Source of the DNA: Utricularia gibba
Taxonomy: Eukaryota > Plantae > Magnoliophyta
DNA length: 64,000 nt
Reading direction: 5' to 3'
NCBI GenBank assembly: GCA_002189035.1
Contig: NEEC01000016.1
Coordinates: forward strand, 992,001-1,056,000
Below the pieces are notes generated by a model that saw only the letters and a list, made by a program, of their open reading frames with translations, did not search any database and was not told the DNA's origin. Made by a program: the position numbers and the translations under genes. Shown piece by piece: positions 51,333 to 64,000 of the stretch. How positions within the stretch are numbered: the stretch's first letter is position 1; each line of letters begins with the position of its first letter.

Positions 51333-51341
51333 CCACGTGGC
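51333..51341. promoter_or_regulatory. G-box/ABRE upstream of the DAO-like gene
   Basis: CCACGTGGC about 200 nt upstream of the ATG. Confidence 0.45.
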
Positions 51342-52177
51342 ACGATAAATAGGATTATTTACTAAATTTATTCGATAAATGGAATTATTTACTAAACTTA
51401 TTCCTATATATTACATACTAAATAAATATTGAACTTGGCTATTTTTTCATGTACATATCCCCATGAATTAATCATTTTTTAAAAATAAATTCGAGTAAAT
51501 TTAACAAGTAGAATTTGTTTAATTATATGGAACGTTCTATAATTTTAAATATATGCCATATTATATAAAATAAATAAATTTTAAAATTATATAAATAATA
51601 CAAGTTTTGAAATCGTACAATTTTTTTATGATATAATATAAAGTTATATTTTTAAAATTTAATATATAATATAACATAATTTAAGATAACATTAAAATTT
51701 TCTTAATCTCTTATATAATCACTAAAATAGATATTTGAGAAATTTCAATAATTTTTTAACTTAATTATAGAATCTGAATTTTTTATTTTATTATACAATC
51801 ATTTTCGAAAATTATTAACATAGAATGGTCCTAGTCATTCTATTAAAATTGATTTTCGATTAATTTTATTATTGATGTTTCCTTAAAAGTTGATATTTTA
51901 ATCTATACAAATTCGATTTGAATTGAAAAACTATTTTTTTATATTTAAATAATGAATTATATAAAAATGAACCTTAAAAGGTCAATATTAATTTTTATTG
52001 TTGACTTCAATAAAAAGAAATATTTTTATATTAAATTTTATGAGAAAATTTGTAAAAAAAAAAAGAAATTTCGAGCTTGCAGCTTCTTTTTGGAAAAAAA
52101 AAAGCATTTCTAGATTTATTTTATTTTAAGGAAATATTGGGGTTTTTTAGAAATAAAAATGTTTCAAAATAAATCTT

Positions 52178-52235
52178 TAGGGTTTAAAAAGTGGTGAATG
52201 TATCAATTGGGCCGTAGGCCCAATATAATGGCCCA
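52178..52235 (+). promoter_or_regulatory. Telo-box plus three site II elements upstream of SF3B4
   Basis: TAGGGTTT at 52178; TGGGCC at 52208; GGCCCA at 52217 and 52230. Confidence 0.7.
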
Positions 52236-52324
52236 TTAATTCCGAAAATTTTCCTGGGGAAATTTGTCCCCCGTCGTTAAACCCATTAGATTTGGGTTGA
52301 AGAATCTGAGGGGCGGGAAGGAGG

Positions 52325-55108
52325 ATGACTACTCGAATAGCGCCGGGCGTGGGCGCCAATCTATTGGGGCAGCACTCTGCTGAGCGGAACCAGGATGCCA
52401 CCGTTTACGTCGGCAACCTTGACACCAAGGTACTGATTTCTTGTTTTCTCGGTGTATTAGCTGGGTTGTGAGAGCCATTGAGGACTAAGTGGGTTAAGGT
52501 TAGGTATCAGGCTATTGTGGTGTTATCGCTGGAATCGTCGCTTCTGTTTTGTGGGCTTAATATGGTGATGGGGTTGTTGATTTTTCCACTTCGTCTTACT
52601 AGCCGTGCTCCTTCCGTCCAGCTCACTTTTAACCGTAATTTGATTCTTGTGATTAATGAAGAGAGTGAGTTGGTATTGCTTGCAAAAAGATGGGGGGTTT
52701 TGTTTGGATAGTGCTCAAGATTACTGTTCTGAAGCATATAATTTCTTTTTCCAGTATTATGCACCATATAAATTTTAGTGTTCGTATGATGGTGCCGTTG
52801 TAGGTTGGTGAAGAGTTACTCTGGGAGCTTTTCGTGCAAGCAGGCCCTGTTGGTAAGTGAATTTTGTTTGATTAGCAGCTCCTCTCACTTCTAAATGAGA
52901 ACTACTTGGTCATTTCAGTCAACGTATACGTACCCAAGGATCGAGTTACAAATGCCCATCAAGGCTATGGCTTTGTGGAGTTCAGGAGTGAAGAAGATGC
53001 GGATTACGTAAAGATGATTTCTGATCTTTTTTTGTTTTTTTAGGGGTGGGGGCATTCTTTTTTGGAGGTCTTGTTTGATCAATCTATCTTATCTTCTTCT
53101 AGGCAATTAAGGTGTTGAATATGATTAAATTGTACGGAAAAACCATTCGAGTTAATAAGGTATGTTTTTTTAATTGAGCACAGTTTTACGTTGCCCTGGG
53201 CCAGATTCTTGTTTATTAAAGCAGTAACCCCCCTAAATTGTTGGGTGTAAACATCCTCTTTGTATTGTTTTGTTTCAGGCATCACAAGATAAGAAAAGTG
53301 TGGATGTTGGAGCTAACCTGTTCATTGGGAATCTTGACCCTGTAAGAGAATTTCTTTTCCTTAATTCGTAATTGAGTCGTATTAAGCCTGTACTATTGCT
53401 CATAAGCAGAGGATCTGTGTACTGCATTAATCTGCTACTGAGCTTTTTTTGTTCTGGAAAACCCTTTTTATTTGAGTTGCTCTTCAAACTGCATTTTAAG
53501 TTCTTCTTCCTTGCAGGATGTCGATGAGAAGCTCCTTTATGACACTTTCAGTGCTTTTGGCGTCATCGTCACAAATCCAAAGGTATCACATGCCGATTTT
53601 TTGCCTGAACTTGATTTTCGCCTTTATAAAATATGCCATGATAATGCATACTCCCATATCATTCTGGATCGCATTGAGTACCACATCCCTCAGTTTACTT
53701 TCATAGAATAGGTCCATTTTCCCTTATTCATTACATTTTATTTTTCCTCCAGCATTGGCATGAGGATATTATTTTGCTGTGAAATCATTCCAGTCTTTTT
53801 TCATCCGTAGAAAAAACTTAGTCCAGTGTCAGTTTCAATGCTAATACAAACAGTACCGACAGTTTTTGACTTTCCATATCTGCAGATCATGAGAGATCCT
53901 GACTCTGGAAACTCCCGTGGATTTGGATTCATTAGCTATGATTCTTTTGAGGCTTCAGATGCTGCTATTGAGGTACACATAGCTGAGCTTTGGTTTAGTT
54001 TTCAGTATTTGGAGACATGATGATTACTTTCTTCTTTGTCGTAGAAAAGCAGCCTATACCTTGAATGGATGCTAAACTGATTCTAGAAATGTGGATTTTT
54101 CATATTGTTTGAAAAAAAGACTACCACTGGGGAACAGGAGCCTGAAAGCGTTAAAATCTCTTTATCACCGTTCGCAGTACTGTCTTTCTGTATGTGGGCC
54201 TAGTTTCTGAGGGTGGCAGCACCTGGGGACCATACCGATGCTGGTTCATTGTGAAAAAATACATATAAAAATATATAACAAAACAGTTGTATTCTAAGCT
54301 TATTTTGCTTTCTAGCACGAGGACCTCATCTCTTTGTTTCATCTTATATCTGCATCATTTGTTCCATTCCCGGGACAGAATTTCTTCTGTAGTGCGTTGT
54401 CTGCTAGGAAAGTGGCCAAGAAACTATGCCTTTTTTTATTAAGTCGTATAACTTCTGTTGCTCATTTCAGACGATGAACGGCCAGTATCTCTGTAATCGC
54501 CAGATTACAGTTTCATATGCATATAAGAAAGACACCAAGGGTGAACGCCACGGCACGCCTGCAGGTTATGTTTTACTGTTCGTGCTTCATCTAAATGTAA
54601 TGTAAATTTTAGAAACGTTTGTTCTGATTTTATTAACATGTACCTGTGATGGGAAACTGCAGAAAGAGTATTAGCTGCAAGCAATCCATCCACTCAGAAA
54701 AATAGACCACATACTATGTTTGCTAGTGGACCACCATCGCTTGCCCCACAGACAACTGGTACGGCAGCAATGCCGCCAAGGCCCTTTTCAAATGGTACCA
54801 TTCCTCCATCTCCGATCCCGGCCCTTCGTCCACTGCCTCCGCAGCCACCACAAGGTGTGTACCAACCAATGCAAATGGCACCGCCCTCTTGGCAAGGACA
54901 GCTCCCACAAACTGGAATTCCTCCACCGCCCATGCAGCAACAGTTCAGGAGCATGCCACCACCTCCGCCTCCTCAGGCTGTTCCAGGCCTCGTTCGACCT
55001 CCACCTCCACCAGCTGCAATGGGTGCTCCACCTCCACCGATGTGGCGACCACCACCTCCTCCCCAGCAGCTAGGGCACCCCGGTATGCCTCCACCACCAC
55101 AAATGTAA
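52325..55108 (+). CDS. SF3B4: Splicing factor 3B subunit 4 (SAP49), two RRMs + Pro-rich tail, 9 exons
   Basis: [72 protein letters not shown]; all traced introns are GT-AG. Confidence 0.96.
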
Positions 55109-56060
55109 TCTGAAACTTACTCTAAGGTCTGTCCATTAGCTTTAGCTCGTTGAAAACTCTATAATGCTTATGCTCTTTCATGTCAGCCTGACTTGATTCC
55201 TGGAACCTCTGTATCATTTATTCCTCTACTTAGTGTTTATGTTTTTTTTCCTACACATCTCAGTAAAAAGGTCAACTTGTTAGTAGCCAATCCCAGTATA
55301 TGCTTTAAATTCTAACCCATGAGATAGTTGTTTTCCCCTAGTAAAGAGATTCGCATGGTCCCATCTTCTACCTTCACTTACCCTTCCCACTTCACCTGTA
55401 CGTACCTCAGTTAATCACCTTCTACGTTGGTAGATTTGAATCTCTGATCGGAAGCGTAGAACCCTAAGCCCCGGACCCCAACTTAGCAGCAAAATAGCTC
55501 TGCATCTCAGACCTTCTGTCTGCAACGCAGGCCTTGTTTGGGTACCTTGTGCTGTTATCTTTAACCCCTTTTCGTAGTACTACGCAATGGAATCGGTGTT
55601 GGTGGAATAGAGCAAAGCTGTGCAGCAAAAGTATGTGAGAAAATGTTTCGGAAAGCCATCCACAGTTGTCGCTGTTACACTAAATTGAGCCTGGATTTGT
55701 CTGCGAGGCAGTAAGAATCTCCACGCATATGAATAAATGCATACATGTGTAGTAAAGAGTTGTTTTGCGGGTAGAATTTTGCAGGCACCCCTCCTTGCCT
55801 TTGCTGATAAACAAAAACGATTCACTTTTTCTGCTGAGAAAACTGCAGTACCCCTAAAGTTTCTTCTTTGTTGCTCCTCTGTTTTCAAGGCATGACTCAG
55901 GCTTTAAGATCAACAGCATAAATGTCTACCTCTAGTTCATTCATAAAGAAGCTTGTGGAAATGATTGGTGAAGTTAAAGATTCTTCAGGAGCAGAAATGG
56001 AGTTTTTTTTCTTTTATTCTGGTGAAAGAAACATTGGAATGGTGAACAAGAAGCAGGGGG

Positions 56061-56879
56061 CTACTCTCTGTAAACAAGACGACGAACACGAAGATGACAT
56101 GGGGAAAGAGTTTCCAAGATGTCTGCGAAAGCTTGGAAAATGATTCCGTGAAAGTGGCGACAGTTGAGAGAAAGAAAGCATTGCAGTAACTGGTCTAAAT
56201 CTCTGGCGTCGAACATCTGCTTCTCCACGATCATATCAATCATCGAGTTCTTGAAATCTTCGTACGGGTCGACCGACCGTTTCACGACGGCGAAACTCTC
56301 CTTCACCTTTGAGTTGAGCGGACAGGGGAGCAGCTTTTTAAACATGGACAGCCTTGCCGGAGTCGTCTCTGGTTCGAACTGTGAGATGCGTCGCCGCCGG
56401 TTCCTTGTTTTCCGGTTGACTTTCGGGTTCAAGTCGAAGGAGGAGTAACTGGGGAAGCTGTTAAAGCATGACGAAACCAGAGTTTCAGTCTCCGTCTCCT
56501 CCTCCGCCGCCGCCCGGCAGCCGGAGCCGTCGTAGTAGCTGCCGCTGTCCTGACGAAGCAGAGGTTTCCTGGAGTTGTACTTCCTCCGGCGTCTACTTCT
56601 TCTGGTGGACACGGCAGGGGTAGGCGGCGCGTGAAGACCCGGTCGCAAGTTCCCCGACGACGTGTCGATTTTGCGGCGTGGAGCGAAGACCTTGGAGAGC
56701 ACGCGCCACTCGTCTTCCTTAAGCCAGTGGATCTTCCTGGGCACGGACACAGCAAACGAGCGGCGAACAGCGCCGACGTCCGCCACCGGGAGATCAGTGG
56801 CGTCCTTGGATCGGCAGGAGTGGACGGTGGTGGAAATCGCTCTGCACAATCTCACCGGCAAGCTCTTCGACTTCGCCAT
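56061..56879 (-). CDS. OVATE family protein (OFP7/8-like), intronless
   Basis: C-terminal OVATE domain ESFAVVKRSVDPYEDFKNSMIDMIVEKQMFDARDLDQLLQCFLSLNCRHFHGIIFQAFADI. Confidence 0.92.
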   Translation of the reverse strand: MAKSKSLPVRLCRAISTTVHSCRSKDATDLPVADVGAVRRSFAVSVPRKIHWLKEDEWRVLSKVFAPRRKIDTSSGNLRPGLHAPPTPAVSTRRSRRRRKYNSRKPLLRQDSGSYYDGSGCRAAAEEETETETLVSSCFNSFPSYSSFDLNPKVNRKTRNRRRRISQFEPETTPARLSMFKKLLPCPLNSKVKESFAVVKRSVDPYEDFKNSMIDMIVEKQMFDARDLDQLLQCFLSLNCRHFHGIIFQAFADILETLSPCHLRVRRLVYRE

Positions 56880-57779
56880 TGTCCCTTCCCTTCCTCAAAG
56901 CCTCGTGCTTGTTAAATGCCACATACCTGAACCCTTTATAGCCAAAAAAATCAATAATAAAACAAATTAAAAAAAAAGAAAACAAAAGGAATTAGAACCA
57001 AGAAACACAGGTGCGTGGTCCCAATGAACAAATACACAGTGCAATTCAAACTCTTTAAAAATTAATTACATTTATCACAACTTTTTGAAATTAATCTAAA
57101 AAATTTATCTCACCCCCATTTTGAAATAATTTTATTTTTCCCCTAAACATAACTATTTCTTCATAGGCGCACCAACATTATGATGATACGTTGATATGAA
57201 AAATATAGGTGGTACATGTTGAAATTCAAGATTCGATGGATTGGACAAGCGAACACGTGAAGTACAAATATATAAGAAATGCGTATCATAATATAAAAGA
57301 TTAAACCTAACCAATTAATTATGATATATAATTTCTTATATATTTAACTATTCCATTGTCATTTTTCGATGTGTAATTGTATATTCTAACACATGACACA
57401 CACAAGTACCAGAAATTGAAAAATTCGGCATGGCAATGACTATTTCGTATTATGATGTGGCGCTGGTACTCGCATCGCTATTGTATAGTCGCACCACATT
57501 GGTATATCATGAACATTGAAAAAATGCAATAGGAGGATTTTATCATCCATCCTAATATTACTTTCACAAAAGTACATTTTAATTCATAGTTCTGATGATA
57601 TGTTTCAGTATTCAAAAATCTTAACATGTTTCCCATTTGACAAACATGATCTCTATCTAAAACGTTTTAAATAATACAAAAAATGGTTAGCAACCTAAAT
57701 ATGTTGCTTGGATCAAATTTAATTCAATCACTATTGATAATTCAAAACGATTCAATCGTCATTCTTTAAATGATGGGAG

Positions 57780-58470
57780 GGATGGGGTTGGGATACCCGA
57801 GGCCACAAGGTCACATTATGCTCCATGTGATGGGGACTGAATGGCATGTTCCAAATGAAGCTCATCCCTTACTATGGAAAGGGATCTACAGCAGGAAAGA
57901 GAATAGTTTGTGTGCTTGGGAGGTAAAAGGAATGCATGATTGAAGGGAATGGCCTCCATGGCTCTGCTGCAGCCTGCAGCAGCATCTCGTGTGTCCTGGT
58001 ACCTCCATAACTCGCTTCCCTTCTTCGCCGCCGTCACTGCTAACTTCTCCGGTAGCTCCTTGGCCCGATACCCTCCTTGCTATCAGGAGATCGATCAGCC
58101 ACCGGAGAAGAAAACACAGTCGGGAACCCTCCTTTCTGATGCGCCCCAGCGGATTTAAAATGGGCATCGAGTTCTGAGAATGCACGTTTTAGACAAATGG
58201 GCGTCACCGGAAGTCGTGTTCGCCTTTCCCTTTTCCCGATGGCGCCATCCCCTGAAAATGGCTCCCCAGGAGTTACGAAAATGGGAAACCGGGAGCTCCA
58301 AATGGTCACTCTCAGCAGGCCATGGGCTCGGAACCCATCGCTGCGGGCTCCCTTCCGCCACCGCAGTGGCTGCGTTTACATACAGGAAGATTGCCTTTGA
58401 ACGACCATCCGCTTCCTCGAAAGCTGTTATCTCAACACCCGCCATGGCTGGCACCTTGCGTTGACCGGTT
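57780..58470. other. Unidentified GC-rich island with several short ORFs (orphan gene or decayed gene)
   Basis: Roughly 50% GC or more inside very AT-rich flanks; minus-strand ORFs 58155-58454, 58040-58309 and 57816-58037; no family recognised. Confidence 0.3.
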
Positions 58471-61400
58471 GAAGAAGATGATAATATAATATAATATTGA
58501 CTATTAAAAAAAAATTAGAGTAGGTTTGTAATAGTTAGAAATTTTTTATTACTATTATTAAATATTAATGATTTTAATTTTAAAAATAAAAAACATTTAT
58601 TTTATGTGAAATAATTATCGAAAAAAAATTTCAAGAAATAAAATTAAATATAGGATTAATGTGAGCTTTATTATATATTATGATCTGGACATGCTTCCTA
58701 ACTTCTTACATGTCCACGTGCATTTCCAACACTGGAAAGTGCAGTACTTCTGCTGTCCGGCCCTAAAATAAATCAAATTAACAAACCTCGTTTCTTTTTT
58801 AAAAAAATACCAATACCTCTTTCCCATTTTGACCTTTCGATCAATTTAACATTTCAAGATATGGATTGTTAAAAATCAAACCATAATCGAAATTAAATAG
58901 GAAAACAAAAACCATGTCTGCTATTTTGCACTTCTAATTCAATCATTTACATTCACATTCCAATGAAATGTATGCGAAATGCTCATTCTGAATACTCTTT
59001 TTTTAGCAGATTGCAATTTTGAAGTTGAATCAAAGACGAAAACAATGGCGAAGCCGTAATTTCTTCTTGAAAAAAATTACATTGGTAATTTTACACTAAA
59101 ATATTTCATTTTTTTGTAATGTTTTTTAAATATTTTTTGGAAAAAAAAAAGATAATTTCACATGTGGTGTCCCCACCCCAACCCCAAGTTGCCCCTCAAG
59201 TTGGAGATGATGGATGGTCCATGGGCGCATACCTACGTGTAAAACACGGGCCCAGTCCAACCCATAGACATTGGGTTTACATTGAACCAAGCAAGCAACC
59301 TTCATAATTTTATTTTTTATTTTTATATATATAAAATATAAGTTAACAGGCACCATTTCAATAAAATATTATGAAAAATATACATCAATATGTTAGTTAG
59401 AAATCATGATTAAATGATTGATCTTTATTTTATAATAAATCAAACTTTTCATGATAACCTTTTTCACAAAATTTAATTCAAACTCAATTCGTAGCAAAAT
59501 ACGTTCGAATTAATCCCTGAATTAAATCACAAATTTCTAAACTATGATACTGTCTCTTAATTTTGTTTAATTTTTGAAAACTCCAATATTTAACTGTTTT
59601 GTAAAAAAATCAAAAATTTGGATTCTATAAGTAATTTCATAAATCATTGAATTTCTTAAATATTTATTTTAGTAATTATAAAAGATTAATTAGAAAAATT
59701 ATATTATTTATTTGAAAAATATTTTTATGTAACAGCATAATAATAATAATTTTACTATATATTTATTTATATTTATATTTAATAATATAATTTTATAATA
59801 TTTCAAAAAAAAAAGTTTTACAATTTTAAAACTAAAACAATGTTCTGTAAAATTTCTGAAATATATTTTTATTTTTTAAAATTATTTTAGAAAAATAGAA
59901 ATAATAAATAAAAGTAATCTACTCCTTACTTTTCTAAAAATAATTTTTATAGTATAATTTTAAAAGCATTTTTTGATAAAATTAGTTTTACAATTGATAT
60001 TCTTTTAAAATAAAATTATTTTTTATTTTTAAAAATAAAAATAAAATTCAAAAATTTTCCAGAACACATCTTAATTCTATTTTACGTACCATATCTAACA
60101 TTCCCGAGCAAGAATACGATGAGATTTGGTACCATATGAATTAGTAGTTGATGATGGGATGGAATTTGTTAGGGTTGGGGATGATACGATAAGTTGTTAA
60201 GGGGGCATGGCGTGGGACGTAACAAATGAACATCAAAATGGAATGGATGTTGTCGATGTGTCCACTTCGGCTTGGCCCTAACATCATTACATACGCTGTG
60301 CTCATGATTATCGGCGCCACTGATTGGTTTGGAGCTGGAAAACAACAAGGGAGGAGATGATTTGTGATGTTGATGCAATTGAGTTGGATGGGCTGCCGCT
60401 TTAATTTGCGATGGAGGTCCATTCTACCAATTTTCGCCATAGATTTGTTGCTTATCTCCATGGACCACCACCCCGACCATCATCCTTCTTCTTCTTCGTT
60501 TTTTTAATCAAGAAAAAAAAATAGATGGATAAAAGAATAATATAATACGGATACCTACTATTTTTCGTTCGGGAATGCTTAATTTTAGAGTTTGATTGAA
60601 TTTGATTCATTCATATTGGTATGATGGAGGGCTTGGTTGGTAAAATACATATTTAAAAAATACGTATTGGTAAAATGATTAAAGTGAAAAAAAAAAGATT
60701 AGTAAAATATATTTTTTATATGAGTGTGTCAGTGTTTTTGTACAAAACATGTATTTTCCAAAACATTTACCAATCTTGGGTATTTTATCAATGACTTTTT
60801 CTAAAATATGTATTTTTCTAATTTTCTGCACTTTTTTGTTCATCTTCTTTTTCTAGATTCCAAGGCACTATAGATGAGGGTGAGGCTTGGACACTCCAAT
60901 AGTTGAGAGGGATTCCATGGATCATGGTTGGGTTTTGGAACAATTTCGATGTTCTTTTTAACAAAGAAATTATCGGAATCTTGGAAACCTTAAAAACAAA
61001 GAAATTTGTTTTTTACATTTTTGTTTAAAATAATATTGTATTTGGTAAATATGTTGAAAATAAATGATTCAGAATTTAAGTAGTTTTAATAAATACATTT
61101 AGAATGTTATTTTTGAAATACTCAACTCGAAATGTTTTACAATTATTTTGTAAAACATTCATGCATTATTAAACTTGTTTCCTAAACATACATTATTATT
61201 AATGCTATAGATGTTTGAATAACAAAAACAATTATCAAACACTCCTTAAAAGAGTGTTTAGTTGATGTATTATTTAATATATGTGTGATTTATAAAATAC
61301 TTGTACAATTCCCATTAATTTTTTTATATTTATTCTAAACACCTTTATGAGATACATTTATAGAATTTATACATCAAGCACATTTCATTTTTAACTATAT

Positions 61401-62011
61401 ATTATGTGTTTATCTAAATATAAATAATTAAATAAATCACTAATTAAACTCTCCACATCTAATTAATTTTATTACCAAATATAAAAAAAATTCTTAACGA
61501 AATAAAAAATATTTATTATGTTCAAGAATTCACAAACCCCCGAATTTTTATTTTATTAGAATTACTTATAATATCAGTTTTGAATAAATAGAATTCAACT
61601 AATTATCGTCTAAAATAAATTTATATCATATTTATTTAAATCGAATATATTAAAATATTATTATTATTATAATTTTTCTAATCGAGGCGGCCAGCGGATT
61701 AGAATGATTTGGGCGGAGACCGCGCCAGTAGTTGAAATGGGTCGTCGTTCTAATTGGCTGGCACTTAGTAATTATTATTTATTATTAATTAATTTATATT
61801 CATTTTCCTCTTTTTTATTATTTTTTTGTTCCATCAGCGGCTTATAATTATTTCCTATTTTTTAATTGAAAAAAAAATCAAAGTCATGTGTGTTATTGCA
61901 CTTCTTGATTAAAATTTGTCAAACATCCGAATTGGCGAACCCGATTTTCTTAATAAAATTTCAAATGATTGGCACGCGCATTCACTTCATATAATATGGC
62001 TGTTTTTCATT

Positions 62012-62257
62012 TATTATATTACTTAGGATTATACTAAAAACAAGTATGTAGATAGATACTAACTAATAAGTATAAATGTTACGGGATTTAATGATTTTTT
62101 TTCGTAGTTTCGTATTTATAATAAGTAGAAGGTCTATATTATATTACTTGTGATTATACTAAAAAAAGTATGTAGATAGATACTAACTAATAAGTGTAAA
62201 TGGTACAAAAATTAATGATTTTTTTCGGTAGTTTCGTATTTATAATTAGTAGAAGGT
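62012..62257. repeat. Imperfect tandem duplication with a 125-bp period upstream of DWF4
   Basis: TATTATATTACTT...GTATGTAGATAGATACTAACTAATAAGT...TAGTTTCGTATTTATAAT...AGAAGGT occurs from 62012 and again from 62137. Confidence 0.9.
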
Positions 62258-62491
62258 GTGTAGTAATCCGAAAAAATAAGAAAAATCAAATTGTATGTGG
62301 ATTGGGGTTTAGGGTTTTTTAGGGATTGTTGGGAGAGAATGAATGGGTGGGAGATTCTGGTGTCTTCTTCAATGGATTGAAAGGAAATGAATGAATGTTA
62401 AAACCTATGAATGTCATTTGCAGAATAAACAAAAAGGGGTATTTAATAGAAAAATGGTATTATTTAATGTGATGTGTGTATTAGTCTATAA

Positions 62492-64000
<1,509 letters not shown>

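Noticed and set aside
54017-54080. ATGATGA...CTGA box C/D-like pair in SF3B4 intron 7
   Set aside because: Short (64 nt), weak terminal stem, no clear C'/D' boxes, and only 7 nt of complementarity to recalled U6; a snoscan-type search would be needed.
58095-58150. SERRVP on the minus strand, resembling the start of a CLE peptide
   Set aside because: The following residues (DCVFFSGG) do not fit the CLE consensus, and there is no signal peptide in frame.
57760-60480. Search for conserved miRNAs in the GC-rich islands
   Set aside because: No match to the conserved mature miRNAs I can recall and no convincing long hairpin by eye.
62290-62325. TTTAGGG-like units upstream of DWF4
   Set aside because: Only about two units; ordinary telo-box-like sequence, not an interstitial telomere.

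Overview
Gene-dense nuclear DNA from a eudicot plant with a compact genome: about 20 protein-coding genes in 64 kb, many introns of 60-90 nt, and very AT-rich spacers. In order: EDR2-like PH/START/DUF1336 gene (-, runs off the left edge), decayed ATAF-type NAC remnant, NUP1/NUP136 (+), SMXL3 (-), eRF1-1-type release factor (+), CAT6/7 amino acid transporter (-), mitochondrial ribosomal mL43 (-), P-class PPR (-), MVD (+), ATX1-like copper chaperone (+), DUF662 coiled-coil (-), SmB (-, frameshifted), mRNA cap N7-methyltransferase 2 (-, one GC-AG intron), Rab3GAP catalytic subunit (-), PDK1 (-), Lys-rich AGP (+), tRNA-Trp(CCA) (-), DAO-like 2OGD (-, frameshifted), SF3B4 (+), OFP (-), two unexplained GC-rich islands, and CYP90B1/DWF4 (+, runs off the right edge). 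I found no CRISPR array or intact transposon. The best leads are a 91-codon open in-frame extension behind the eRF1-1 stop, frameshifts in otherwise intact SmB and DAO-like genes, a NAC pseudogene missed by the ORF track, and a 35-nt plastid-type 16S rRNA sliver in a NUP1 intron. Family assignments come from recalled protein motifs and manual translation, not database searches. I did not find a clearly new biological system.
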